Assembly: GCA_043228905.1 (NCBI GenBank)
Contig: JBHGNT010000005.1
Coordinates: forward strand, 18,228,001-18,292,000
Source: Azolla caroliniana
Taxonomy: Eukaryota > Plantae > Polypodiophyta
DNA: 64,000 bases
Direction: 5' to 3'
Below are positions 11,833 through 24,839 of the stretch, one piece after another. The stretch's first letter is position 1. The number at the start of each line of letters is the position of its first letter. The notes below the pieces were generated by a model. It was given only the letters and a program-made list of their open reading frames with translations. It did no database searches and had not been told where the DNA came from. The position numbers and the translations under genes were made by a program.

Positions 11833-13115
11833 AGGCGGGCCGGTTTTCTCCGTGCCAACTTAGTTTGGCGCATGCCGGTGGATGCGCGGTTAGGTGGGGG
11901 CGGATGTCGTGAAGAAAACCGCCCGCGAGAGGAATCGGAGGAACGAGGCGTGGGAAACGGCTCTACACACACACGCGCGCCAAGAAGTACCTAAGGACGA
12001 AGTAGGTACATACGGGGATCCTAGGTGGGAAGATTCGGTTGGTATGCAGTTAATGCCAAACGGCCTCCTGACGGGCTATAAAAGGAAGAGGAAGAATAGA
12101 AGTCGATCATCTCCCGCGGAGAGGACGAAGTGCTGCCGAACCGATTTCGGAGCTTCTCTCTCACTCCTGCTCTCTCTGTCTTCCGCTCCATCGCGTACCT
12201 ATGCAGGTTTCGAGGAGGCTTGCGCTGTTCCGTGGAATGCCCCGAGTGCGTCCTGCAGCACCTCCGACCTGTTTTCCCCTTTCTGTGCGTCGCGACATAC
12301 AGGGGTCGGCAGCTGTTCGCCGCCCTGTTCGTTTTCGTTAGTATCTATTTTGTGCCCCACTGTGGGTTGTAATGCTTTAGCTTGTTATTTTCTTGCATTC
12401 TTAAGTACATATCTCTTGTTGTCTCGTCCATCTGCGTCGGCGTTTAATTGTGATCTCTGTTTGTTGGGCCGTGTCCCTGTGCGATTGTCGGTTCCGCGCG
12501 ATCGGATCTTCGGTTCTGTGTAACCGGGTCTCTCTCTTACCTCTCTCTCTCTTGCTCTTCGGTTCGAGACCCCCGTGGTCCCTCCTCCTTTCTACACGCA
12601 AGGGCGTAGCAAACCTGACAACGTGAAGCTACGTCCTGACTCCGGCCTGGCTTGCGATGAGAAACGGTTCCGAAAAATTGTCGGAAGCCTCATATACTTG
12701 ACAATCACTCGACCCAACATCAGTTACCCGGTCGGAGTGATCAACTAGTTCATGCAGAAGCCGACCGTCGAGCACCTTCAGTGCGCACACCGGATACTCC
12801 AGTATGTTAGTGGCATGAAGGACCATGGACTATTATACCGACACGGTATAGCTGGGAAGCTAATCGGATATACCGATGCCGACTAGACTGGTGATACATC
12901 GGATCGCTGATCCACCTCTAGTTACATGTTTTCTCTTGGTAGCGCGGATGTTGCGTGGAGCAGCAAAAAGCACCCAACAGTCGCTCTATCGAGCATTGAG
13001 GCTAAATACCAAGGTGCTACCATTGCCACCTGTGAAGCCATCTGGCTTCGGCGACTATTGTGTGACCTCCGGATCGAGGTGCCGACCCCGATCCTGATTT
13101 ATTGTGACAATGTAA

Positions 13116-16100
13116 TGTTGTCCGCTGGAATAGTAACCGACGGACAAGAGCGTAGGAATAAGAAATAATATAAGATCATAATGCATGTAACGGTTCACGC
13201 AGGAAGCATGAACGGCTAAATAGACCCTGTGTATATTAAGGGCAAAAAACCTCTGATAGGAGGAGCGTGTATTTTTGGAATGTAAAGAAGCGTATCGTAA
13301 TAGAATTCTATCTTCTCTGAAAGTCTGTGTATAGCTACGACCAATTTACTGTGTGTCTAGAATATTTGAGCGTGTAAGAACGTAAGTGTAACCATTGATA
13401 AAGAGTCGGTTGTAGCCGTCTCCCTTATACGTTGATAGGTTACGGGGAGCATTCCCCTACGCATTATGCATAGACGCCCCATTCGTTGTTCCACAATCAC
13501 TTGGAGGTCTAGGTCGAAGGACTGACCGAAGACTGTGTTCCTAATCGGTAACACTTTTGGCACGCTTGGTGGGACAGAAAAAAGAAAAGAAAAGGGAGCA
13601 AGCAGAGGACGAAGGACCGGTCCCGGACCCCATTTGGTAGGCATTAGCGGGCTGCGAGATAACGTTAACAATGGAGAAGTTGCTGCAACTAGTCCCACGC
13701 TTCCGCCAGACCATGGAAGAACGGGTGACGGGCATACCCGGGGTTAGCGTCGCTACAAACCTTACAGATGTTAGCGACGGCCCGCCTGTAGTGGATCACC
13801 ACAACCCGGCTATTACATTAATATTACACGGATAGGAAATTTCTGGATGCGTAATCGATGGCGGCTCAGGCGTCAATGTAATTAGCACGAAAACTTGTGA
13901 GCAGTTAGGCATTTCAGAATGGGAGGCTTGCCCATTCTGGCTCCGAATGGCAGATACCCGCTCAGTATGACCATTGAGCTTAATTCGCAAGATAGGCATT
14001 ATCGTGGGCAGACATCGCTTCGACATCTCAGCAGTCGTCCTCGCCTTGGACGCCCCAGGGGCGTACCCAGTGCTTCTGGGCAAACCATGGCTTCAGGCAA
14101 CAAATATCAAGTAGAGCTGGCAACACAAGTGTATCAGTTTCCAACACGGACGCACCAAGGTTCACGTACCTACGGAAGGAAGCAAGCCACAACCCAAAGG
14201 TATAACACCATTATACGCAGAAGATATAAATATGCTGGCTGGGGTGGAGGATGCAGAATTAGAGGCATACCTAGATGAGCACCCATAGATCATTCCGCTG
14301 TTCGAAATCGACGTCATCGCAACCGCGGTAGAATATGCCACGACCACTATTCTCCACGACGAGGCTTACGAACCAAACCAAGAGTCCTTATTGGAACTCA
14401 ACAGAGCACGGGCGGCATTCGAAAGGGAAATGGAAATTTCACGACGAGTCACCGCCTCCGCCCTAGAGGAAGTAAATGTGGGTACGGAGTCGGAATCCCG
14501 TTTCCTCTCCATCGCAAAGGAATTAAGGCCGGACCAGAGAAACACGATGATCGCACTACTCACGAAATATAAAGATGTGTTCGCTTGGGCCCACGAGGAC
14601 ATGAAGGGGTTAGATCCCAAGTTCTATCAGCATAAGATCAATTTAGCAACCGACGCAAAACCCGTCTAGCAGCGTCGCTACCGCATGAACCCGAACTACG
14701 CAACCCGCGTAAAAGAAGAAATTGACAAACTCTTGAAGGCGGGGTTCATATGGCTAGTTAAACAAGCCACCTGGTTAAGCTCGATGGTGGTCGTTCCAAA
14801 GAAAAACGGCAAAATACGGGTATGCGTGGATTACCGAAAATTAAACGCCGTAACCATTATGGACGCATTCTCTTTACCCTTCACAGATAGTGTACTGGAC
14901 GCCGTCGCAGGACATGAGATGTACAATTTTTTAGATGGCTTCAGTGGGTATAACCAGGTACGCATGCATCCCGAGGACCAGGAAAAGACGGCATTTGTCA
15001 CGGATTGGGGAGTCTATGTGGCAGTCGTCATGATGTTCGGGCTAAAGACGGTGCCGGCAACATTCCAACGGACAATTACGAAGATCTTTGGGGAATACAT
15101 TCCGGCGTTCATGCAAGTTTTTTTAGACAACTTTGCGGTATATGGGAGAACCATAGACCATTTTACGCACTTGCAACTGTGCCTGGAACGTTGCCGCACC
15201 GCATGCTTAAGCCTGAATCCCGCAAAATGTGCTTTCGGCGTGACCAACGGGACTCTCCTGGGCCATATAGTCAGCAAGGAGGGAATAGCGGTCGATCCGA
15301 ACAAGATCTCCGTGATTATGCAAGCCAAAACTCCGACAAATGCGAAATCACGCGGCCAATTTTTAGGACAAATACGGTGGCATAGTCGGATGATACAATA
15401 TTTGGCGGACTTTGCCACGCCGTTACATGCTGCCGTACATCAGACTCCCTTCCAATGGATAGCAAAGGAGGACAAGGCCTATGAGGCACTTAAGATAATG
15501 CTCACGTAGGCTCCCGTCGTACAACCACCAGTTTGGGCGAAGCCATTCCACGTGTTCGTCGACGCCTCAGACATAGCAATAGGAAGTGCACTAATGTAGC
15601 TCACCGAACCAAACTGGTACCGGCCAGTGTACTACGCTAGTCGCAAATTAGCAACAGCAGAGCGTAACTATTCCACAACAGAGTGGGAGGTGCTAGGGAT
15701 GATCTATAACATCAATAAATTCCGGCATTATTTACTAGGGAGGAAATTCATGTTCCACGTGGATCATTCGGCGTTGCTGTATTTGGTGGAGAAACAAGCC
15801 CTGACAGGAAAATTGGTGCGATGGATGCTGCTGCTCCAAGAATTCGATTTCGTAATCCAGCACCGACTAGGGACGCAACACGCAGTGGCAGATTTTTTGA
15901 GCAGACTCGAGAATGGAGAAACAATGCAAAAAGATGACGACGATTTTCCGGACGCCGACTTCCTGCGGGTAGCAGCACTAGCAAAGAGAACGGAATTGAC
16001 CTTTCCGAACCGGTGGCTTATGGAAATGACATACTTTTTGACTACGGGATTGCCTCCACCACAATTACGCACAGACAAGAAGAAAAGACTAGCCATCCGA

Positions 16101-18019
16101 AGCCGTAACTTCTGCATCGTAGAAGGAGTTTTATATCACAAAGGCAGTGATGACATTTGGCGACGTGGGGTACATCAGGATGAGAAAGAAGAAGTTTTAC
16201 GGGAGGCGCACTGCGGCATGATAGGCGGCCATTACGCAGGCGACGTTACAGCCCGGAAGATATGCCAGGCGGGCTTATGGTGGCCAACAACACAGAAAGA
16301 CGCATCCGAGTATTGTAGAAAGTGTGATTTGTGTCAACGGATGGGTCAGCCCACGGAGGGTGCAAGGATGCCACACCAGCCCGTATTACCGCTAGACCCC
16401 TTTCAAAAGTGGGGATTGGATTTCGTGGGCCCCTTCACACCGGTGGCAGCCCGTACGGGCAATAAATTCATATTGGTAGCTACGGATTATTGCACCAAGT
16501 GGGTAGAAGCAAAGGCACTACGAGAAAATACGGCGGCCGTCACAACCAGGTTCCTTTACGAGCACATCTGGTGCCGGTTCGGCTGTCCGATTGAGCTCAT
16601 CAGTGACCAGGGGAGTCACTTTCTCAATACGGTGGTTCGGGAACTAACACATCATTATGCCGTAGTCCATAAAAAGAGTACGCCATATTATCCACAGGCG
16701 AATGGTTAGCGGAATCTACCAACAAGACGTTGCAGACCATCTTGAAGAAAATCGTTAATGAAAATAGAACGGACTAGGATACCAAATTACAGAGTGCATT
16801 ATGGGCGTACAGAACCAGCTACAAAACAAGCATACAGTCAACACCGTTTCGACTAGCGTTTGGGTTGGAGGCTGTGATGCCGGTCGAATTTCAGGTACCC
16901 AGTTTGCGGATTCAGGTACGGGACCGACTATCGGAAGCCAAGTCGGAGGAGGTACGGCTCCACTAGCTACTCGAACTTGGGGAAAAACGCGTACACAGCA
17001 TGGCTGTGTTGGAGCAGGAACAACGACGACGTAAAGCGTTTGTGGATCGACATCGGAACGCAAGGGAAAAGGAGTTCGCCGTCGGTCGGGCGGTGCTGGT
17101 TTTCCAAACCCGCATGGGCCATATGCTAGGGAAGTTACGCTTCCGCTAGACCGGCCCATACTGGATAATTGGAGCGGAACAAGGCACATTCCAAATGGGT
17201 ACGCTGGTCAGGGAAGTAGTACGGCAAAAGGTGAATGGGTTTCGCCTTAAACCTTACTTGGGCTCTATGCCACCTAACCCATTCACCGCCAAACAGGACA
17301 AAGCCGGAGAACCCGCGACGTAAATGGGCGGCCCCACTTGTACCATAATGTAAAAATAGGCTGTATATAACTGTTACGAAAAAAAAGAAAAAAGAAAAAG
17401 AAGAAGAAGAACAGATAGCGACTATTAAAAGGACTAAATGCATGCATAGACTCCTAGTTCAAGAACACGCGGCACCAGGATGGTTCACTGCCCAATGAAC
17501 CCTAAGCCACAAAAGGAAGGAGATAGAAGATTAACAGGATGGGTCCGACGTGCCAGGGCACTGTCCCACAGGCGTGCCAGGTGTTGTCCACCGGAATAGT
17601 AACCGACGGACAAGAGCGTAGGAATAAGAAATAATATAAGATCATAACGCATGTAACGGTTCACACAGGAAGCGTGAACGGCTAAATAGACCCCGTGTAT
17701 ATAAAGGGAAAAAAACCTCTGATAGGAGGAGCGTGTATTTTTGGAATGTAAAGAAGCATATCGTAATAGAATTCTATCTTCTCTAAAAGTCTGTGTATAG
17801 CTACGGCTAATTTACTGTGTGTCTGGAATATCTCAGCGTGTAAGAACGTAAGTGTAACCATTGATAAGGAGTCGGTTGTAGCTGTCTCCCTTATACGTTG
17901 ATAGGTTACGGGGAGCATTCCCCCACGCATTACGCATAGACGCCCCATTTGTTGTTCCACAATCACTTGGAGGTCTAGGTCGAAGAACTGACCGAAGACC
18001 GTGTTCCTAATCGGTAACA
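13116..18019 (+). mobile_element. Gypsy element C, gag-less and decayed
   Basis: 438-bp LTRs at 13116-13553 and 17582-18019; TSD TGTAA. PBS TGGCACGCTTGGTGGGAC (tRNA-Arg-like). Protease VIDGGSGVN, RT, RH and integrase with many stops. Confidence 0.93.
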
Positions 18020-18796
18020 TGTAAGCAGCATACAACTCGCCAAGAACCTTGTATTCCATGCTCAGACAAAACACATAGAAGTGCATTATCACTTTGTTCG
18101 TGAGCGGGTCCAAAGCGGTGAAGTTGAACTTCGGTATGTTCACACGGATCGGCAGGTTGCCGACATCTTTACCAAGCCGCTCAGATCGAACAAGTTGCAA
18201 CATTTTTCGGAGATGCTCGGCATTCAACATCTCGATGTGCCGCACTTGAGGGGGAGAACATGAACGGGAATGGATGGCACCGAACAAGGAACCAGAGAGG
18301 AAGAAAGAACCAAGGGGGGAGATGAGCAGATAAAGGAAGCTGAGCCGACTGAAGGAGTCAACACATCCAAACAAGTTGGAGCAAACGACAACAGCGGCAG
18401 AGTCAAGAAGGACAAAGCCGATCGGAAGAAGGCCAGGACCCAGACGTGGTCCAATGTGGTGAAGGGCCTAAAAACGGAAGATGAGTTGGAGACTACCAAC
18501 TCAGACAAGAGTTGGAACGAATCGGAGGAAGCTGATTCGGTTCAATAGTTGGATTCGGAAGAGCTGAATCAACTAAAGACCAAGCGGACGAGAAGGCAAC
18601 GGAAGTCAACACCGACACCGAGGAACCGATGGGTCCACAAGCGCCGGAGTCATAGTAGCAAAGGAGCTAAAATGGGCATGTTGAGCAGACAAGCCCACCA
18701 ATGAGGTCGAGTGCGCAATACCGGACGGGTCGCGGGAAGTGGAACCGAACTGTACGAGGAGTGAGAGCAAGGCGGGAGGACGCTAGAAGGAGTCGA

Positions 18797-19032
18797 CTAG
18801 TTCTCCAATATCCACCGAGTGAAGACCTCGAGTGCTTCGTCTTTGGACCTGATTGAGTAGGCCCAGACCTTCTGTGTACAGTCATCTACAAAGGTGATGA
18901 AGTATCGGAAGCCTCCTAGTGATCGCTCTGGCATGGGCCCACATATATCTGTGTGCACGAGCTCTAGGGGCCTTCGTACCATCTCGTAGTGGAGAGAGTG
19001 CGGACTTCGGGTTTGTTTCCTATTGGGAAACA
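18797..19032 (-). mobile_element. Copia integrase fragment
   Basis: PLELVHTDICGPM...YFITFVDD; possibly the same element as 1-826. Confidence 0.85.
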
Positions 19033-20660
19033 TGTTCCAAGCGAAACCAAAATCATAATCCGAAACCGTAATCGAAAACCGAAAACCGAAATCGTTTCGG
19101 AAGACTATAATTGTAAATAGTCTAAAATGCCCTTGTGGGTTATACTAGTAAATAGCCAGAAAGTTGCTTTTGTTTATAAGCAACTATGGCAAACTTTAAT
19201 ACTGAATGTAGCTGATCATTATTGAAAAAGTTAGAACGAGGTAGTTGCCTTTGTAATAGTGAGCGTGAGAGAAAGAAAGAAAGATATATTAACATCTTCT
19301 AAGGCCAAAATTGGCCCATGAGACAGTTGGTTTAAAACAAAAATGGGTATTTATCCAATCATCAAAACTAAAATAAAAGTAAAGTAAAAATAGTTTAAGA
19401 TAAAAGAGTTCTAGTAGTGTACAAAACATGGTATACTTGATAAAAAAGAAGTGACTTTGCACTAAGCCTGTAACTCTGTAGCCATCTGTCATACGAAGGA
19501 GAACTCTGAGTTCTGTACTTGTACTTCCTCTCTACTATAGTGATTTGTTTTGCTCGGGGTTTGTTGACCCCTGCGGTTTTTCCCATTTTGGGTTTTCCAT
19601 GTAAAACATTGGTGTCTTTGTGTCTGCACGTTTTTTCTTGTCTGTGTACTAGTTCTTGTTCTCTGCACACGAAGACAAACGTGAAACCGGTTGTGGCTGG
19701 TCGATTTCTAACAAAGTGGTATCAGAGCGATGGAAGACTCGTTCGGTGGCATGTTTAAGCTAACTGACTCCAACTACTTAGTGTGGAAGTCTAAGATGAG
19801 AGGCATGCTTGTGTGCAAAAACCTCTGGTTGCCGGTGCAGTTCGGAGATAAAAGACCAGACAAGATCGATGCAGCGACTTGGGAAGTGTTGCATCTGAAG
19901 ATGGCCACATATATATGGTGTTTTGTAGACATGAGTCTATACAACAACTTCGGCAAAGAAATAGAAGTAGACGTCCTATGGAAGAAGATTGGCGTCATGT
20001 TTGAAAAGAAGAATGCCGTGAACCGAGTCTCAGTATTTCGAAAAATCATGAGGCTCCGGTATCAAGATGGCTCTAGTATGGCAGAGCACATCAATGCCTT
20101 CCAAGGATTGATGAACCAAACCACCTCTCTAGAAGTACCTCTAGTTGATGAGGTATTAGCGTTACTGTTGCTGGGAGATGCTCATTGTCGCGTTGGATAA
20201 CGCATGACCGGAAGGGAAGCATCTATCCCTAGAGCAGGTGAAGTCGAGCTTGCTAAATGAATAGGCTCGCCGGAAGGACCATGAGTCCAATATTGACCAT
20301 AAGACCTTAGTCACGGAAGGTGAAACGATTCGGGGAAGAGGCCGAAATTGAAGTCCCCAGAATCGAGATAAGTCGGGGACTAGGTCGAAGTCGAGGGGGA
20401 GACCCATGTGCTTCTATTGTGGGAAGCCAGGGCATTTCCAAAAAAACTACCGACACTTTCGAAAGGAGAAAGGGGGAGCTAGTGGTGTAGAGCCAAAGAA
20501 AATCCCGGACAAAAAGAACACCTCAACAATCACTGCGAGTGAGGAGGAGTTGTTGCTTATTAGTGAGCAAAACGAAGTGAATCTCGCCAGCGAAGAATCG
20601 ACATGGGTGGTCGATTCAGGTGCGTCATTCCACCTAACCCCTGACCGAAAGTGCTATCGC
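19033..20660 (+). mobile_element. Truncated copia E (LTR, PBS, gag, start of protease)
   Basis: LTR TG..CA about 19033-19713 and PBS TGGTATCAGAGC at 19717-19728. Gag homologous to copia D; CFYCGKPGH and WVVDSGASFH. Confidence 0.85.
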
Positions 20661-21244
20661 CGTCACTATAGGGCTCTTTGTAGTCTAGGTCATCAAGTTC
20701 CACCACAACGAAGGTGTGTAATCTGAGACATTGTACACAAGATTGATGGAGTCGAGCTAGCCGCTTCATCGTTGAGATTAACCTTGAAACGGCACACATG
20801 GTTTGTTGTTTGTAGAGCATTCTCCAGGAGCAATGGTGAATAAACTCTCTGGAAACGAATCTTCATTGTTGTTAGGTGTCTTTTTCCAATGACTTAACAA
20901 TGTCGGCAAAAACTTACTCCGTTGTTTTTTAACAAGTTAGAGAGGGAGGGTATAGTGCTTTTTGTGCTGCTTTTGTGCCCCCATGTCCGAGGGGCGGGCT
21001 CAGATGCCCCCAATTATCAGTAGGGAAGGGAGTGCAAACTTTCTTCATTAAATTCACATAGCACCAAATTCATACCAGAATCGAATTCTCGCTTTCTTTT
21101 TTTTTGGCAGGTCTCATTGTCAATATTAGAATCATTAAGCATTCGAACGATGGATTACCAATTACTCGATTCTATGATGTAGGGTGTGTGCTGCTAAAGT
21201 GTCTAACAACTCTTGACCCCAACTCATTACATGTTTTCAATGGT

Positions 21245-21911
21245 TCACCGCCACCTATAATGCGCAAAACTTCTATTGGCCTCTACCGGTTTATGAAGAT
21301 CATCCCTTCTTTTACGAACATTTCCCTTTCTTTGATAAGCATCCCGTATCTCAGCACATGAACATTAATCCAAGCTCTGGCTATTTTTGCTCATAGTACG
21401 TCATTTGACAGTTGCTTCCATGATTTGACGAAAAGCTAAGGTTTCTTAACGTTCTTTGGCAATAATCTTGAGTACATTACGAGTAGTCCCTGCAATTCTC
21501 ACTTTCTTGATTTCGCGAGTAGGCTTGATATTCTCTATGGCGTTAGCAAGGAGTGTGATAACATGAACATCGGGTTCAGTTCAAGAAAGACGAGAAGAAG
21601 TTTAGGAAACAATAACACGAGATTTTGTTCTTTTACCATCAATCATACAAAAGTGGACTAATTTCTTGATTATTATTATTTGTTTATTATCCACTCCCCG
21701 ATGTAGCTTAATCTCTCCGAGCAGCTGTATGTGCTTCCTTCACGGCCTCCCTTGGGTCTGGGTGACAAAAGCCCTACTAGATGGGCGTAGAAATATTTGC
21801 AATGGGATCGAAGCGGATGGCTTTCTGTTCCAAAAGTTTCCGCCAGTCATTCTGAAAGTCTTCCCAAAAAATTAAACCGGTCTGAAGGCAATGAGCGAGA
21901 AAAGTAACCAT
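21245..21911 (-). pseudogene. rps7: Mitochondrial rps7 (NUMT copy)
   Basis: IKKLVHFCMIDGKK...NAIENIKPTREIKKVRIAGTT...[11 protein letters not shown]...[11 protein letters not shown]; internal stops. Confidence 0.88.
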
Positions 21912-21932
21912 TCCCTGATTTGACCTTTTTAT

Positions 21933-22319
21933 TCGTATCGAATTCTTAGGTTTCTCTGTACCATGTTTGAGTCTGCCTCATCTTCAATCCGGGATTCCCT
22001 ACGAATCTGTAACTCCTCGAATACGATGATAATTCACACCTAACGAATCTTTCACTCTACCTCCTCTAGCTGTAACCGCAGGCCGCAGGATGCTCCTATG
22101 AATTATAACCCTTGCTAAAGATGTGAGCAATGATATTCCTTCAATTGCTTGAACAACACTAGCTATCTTGCATAAAGCCAGATTAGTTTTTTTTAGTGTT
22201 CTTGTTGAAACATGCGGGCGTACCCCAAACTTTTAGAGACATTAATTCGAAGCTCAAGTACATGTTTTGTGACGTTTTGCCCTTCTACAATGACAAAGCA
22301 ATTAATTTATGGTAGGCGT
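21933..22319 (-). pseudogene. rps12: Mitochondrial rps12 (NUMT copy)
   Basis: ACG-PTIN*L...STRT.KK.N.AL.KIA...[10 protein letters not shown]...GIPD...EKPK. ACG start and CGA stop are editable. Lies immediately upstream of rps7. Confidence 0.88.
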
Positions 22320-22716
22320 ATTTCGCAATCTGTGCTTTTACTTCTACGTGCGGCCCTGAAAAGTGTTCATCATGCATCCGCCTGCTTGACACAACACTCA
22401 CCCCTTGACATAACCGAACGATTACCTTTTGGTTGGCGGTAAATCACTTAGGTCAAGCAACCTGGAATCGCCACTACCGTACCTAGGGCCGTCCATTGCG
22501 ATTATGCCGAGGGCGTTTGCCATAAGCCTAGCAAAAGAAGAAGATATTGTTGTGATTTGGGAGGCACCCGTTGTAGTAGCTGGGGTATCAGTTCTTTCCT
22601 CCTTTTATTTTCCTGGTCGGTGCTCTCACCCTCGAAGAAGCATCGATCTGACAATCGCAAGCGGCATTTTGTCTACGAAATTTCCATCGGCGGGTGTGCG
22701 TTCTATTCTCAATTAA

Positions 22717-22975
22717 TTGAGGTAGCCAGTCAAAGGCTATTGGAACGTCGAATACAGAAACTACTTGAGCTAATGATAAAGGCGAGAAGACTTTCCGTCC
22801 AAGTCTCATTGGTTAATCATAACAATGTCATAGAAATGTTGTGCAAACCCATATATATATGAACGAAAAGGAAATAACCTTTGCGCCAAACCAGATTGAG
22901 CCGCGAATTCCTTGGAAACTAGGAAGATCTAAAATGGATGGCCAATCTCTCGGGAAAGGCGATGTACATAAACTA
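22717..22975 (-). pseudogene. nad1: Mitochondrial nad1 terminal exon (NUMT copy)
   Basis: SLCTSPFPRDWPSILDLP..GSIWF..KVISFSFIYIWV...LGRKVFSPLSLA..IAFDWLPQ matches the Nad1 C-terminus after C-to-U editing. Confidence 0.9.
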
Positions 22976-23075
22976 GGAGAGTGAGGGCGTAGCTCTATGG
23001 CCCTTAGCCCAATAGGTGTATCCACACCCTTCTCAAAGAACCGTACGTGATACTCTCGGGTCATACAGATCCATC
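22976..23075 (-). other. Group II intron domains V-VI (position fits nad1i728)
   Basis: GATCTGTATGACCCGAGAGTATCACGTACGGTTC (domain V), then a GAGAAGGGTGTGG/CTACGCCCTCACTCTC stem abutting the nad1 exon. Confidence 0.8.
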
Positions 23076-23674
23076 CCGGGAATATTGAGTTTCCTCTTCT
23101 CCAATCAATGCAACATTTAGGTCTTCGAATCTGATCTCTCTCTCGCATAGATGTCTCGGTGGTGGTTAGCACAACAACAACAGAGTGGGATTGACTTACT
23201 GTTCAGGATGGCCTACAAGGCGGTTCATCAAACCCGCCAACCCCTTTTTCATCATGAAGGCCTTCATGATGAACCGGTTCATCGGCTTAGTGCCCGCATA
23301 GACAGAGAAAAATCTCTAAAGTGAGTGAGTCCCAGGAGAACAATGAGAGGTAGGTGGTCAAAGGCCGAGCGAGAAAGTTCCTACCTGCCTCTTGGGGGGA
23401 GAGATTGAAGCCACTCAATCTACAGAAAGGGTAGTTGAAAACAACAAACCGGGTTGGTGCTTGCTATTGATAAGCACACTTTCTTTAGGTTTTAACCCAG
23501 TAGAGAGAATGCGATAGCATTAAAGTGGGTTGGCTACCTAACCAGGGTACTCCTCCCTCCTCTAACTTGGAATTGATAGCGGAGCGTTAGTAGGGAGTTG
23601 TGAGATACGATGCTTTACCTTCTGACTCCGAGAACGAATTTCTGGAAATAAATAGTACCATCACTTCTCCAGCG

Positions 23675-23790
23675 GGCTGCCCATGGAATTTTAGATTCCT
23701 AGTTTGCGGATACAGGTCCAGGAGCGATTGAGTGAGAAAGAATCCGAAAGAATACGGTTAGAAACATTGTGTGAATTGGAGGAACACCGT
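23675..23790 (+). mobile_element. Gypsy integrase C-terminal fragment (related to element C)
   Basis: PMEF*IPSLRIQVQERLSE...LCELEEHR resembles 16877-16995. Confidence 0.7.
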
Positions 23791-24839
23791 TGTCCTGAAG
23801 ATTTTCGGCAATAGTGTGAAAATCCCATAAAACGTATGAAATCGAGTAAGAATCACATAATACAATAATTGTGAAGATAACATTTTTTTAATATCTAAGT
23901 ACGAAATGATGGAGGTTTTGAATGCACTTTATTACACGAGAAATGGACAACTAAATGTCAAGATATGAGGGTATAAAGTTTGTGAAAAGAAAAGAGAAAA
24001 TTGTGAGATATCCCACATAAGCACGACAAATACGGCTCTCATCATATATAAGGTGGAGCAAAAGATATTATCTTTGTGTCTATGTGTGGAGCATAGAGAG
24101 TTCAAGGTAACTTGAACTAAGAGTGGAGGTGGGCTAGCTGCTCGTAAAGGGTTTTGGCCAACCAAAACTGGACCGACGATGGAGACGGTGAACCGACGAC
24201 ATCCGGCGAGGCACCGGCATCCGGCGACGGCAATCCGGCGAGGCACCGGTAACCGACGACTATATAAATAATTATATAAATATATATACAAATATACATA
24301 TACAAGGAGGGGAAGTAAGGATTCAAACCTTGCACCTCCGAGTTATGAGTCAATTGGCTTACCATTAAGCCATGCTATTTAGTTGAAATTATATTTCTAT
24401 CATTGTACTTTTACATGTAAATTCTCATACATGAGGGCTAAAATGAGTGACATGGTTATCATGCACCACATGTAATACATAAGCGCCAAATGGCAAACAT
24501 GCAATTTATGCATGTCTTGTACCCTCACATGCATCATATGCATGAGAGCATCTATAAAAGAAGGAAGGGGGAGGAGAAAAAACACGGTTTTTTTTATGAA
24601 AATTAAGAGGAAGAAATTCGTTGTGAAATTGATGGTGTAACTTGTTTCTTAAATCTAAAGTTAAAAGTTCAATCAATCTCTCTCAATCGTGTAATCTCAA
24701 CTTCTCTCTTTCCCAATCTATCTTAAGTACTTTCTCGCTAAAGCTTGCGCCAAAGCTTGTACCGACTTTGAATCCTTCCGGTCCAGAACCCCGGCGGTTC
24801 CGCCTCACAATCCGCGCGTAGTGGCGGATCTTCACGACA
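23791..24839 (+). mobile_element. Solo gypsy-type LTR with unrelated flanks
   Basis: TGTCCTGAAGAT...ATCTTCACGACA termini (11/12 inverted match). Same TGTCGT-type start as gypsy A and B. TATA-like motif near 24553. Confidence 0.75.

Larger units (their letters stand above)
5459..12620 (+). mobile_element. Intact young Ty3/gypsy element A
   Basis: 716-bp LTRs at 5459-6174 and 11905-12620 with two substitutions seen. 4-bp TSD ACGT. PBS, PPT at 11891-11904, and uninterrupted gag-PR and pol ORFs. Confidence 0.97.
827..18790 (+). mobile_element. Copia element A (decayed), host of three nested insertions; no 3' LTR found
   Basis: 5' LTR TG..CA 827-1272 and PBS at 1273. Gag with CX2CX4HX4C knuckle, then protease, integrase, RT (LLYVDDL) and RNaseH ending ...IQHLDVPHLRGR at 18263. 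Many stops. Host reading frames rejoin across each insertion. Confidence 0.85.
21000..23670 (-). other. NUMT (mitochondrial DNA insertion); boundaries approximate
   Basis: Co-oriented group II intron 3' end, nad1 terminal exon, rps12 and rps7, all with unedited codons. Confidence 0.88.

Noticed and set aside
6373-11972. Many overlapping and antisense ORFs in gypsy A
   Set aside because: Expected shadows of GC-rich coding sequence.
23248-23284. Overlapping perfect palindromes
   Set aside because: Lie inside mitochondrial intron sequence, where short palindromic repeats are common.
24319-24373. tRNA-Met gene
   Set aside because: Has a CAT loop and A/B boxes, but the acceptor and anticodon stems do not pair. 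Reported only as a tRNA-like module.
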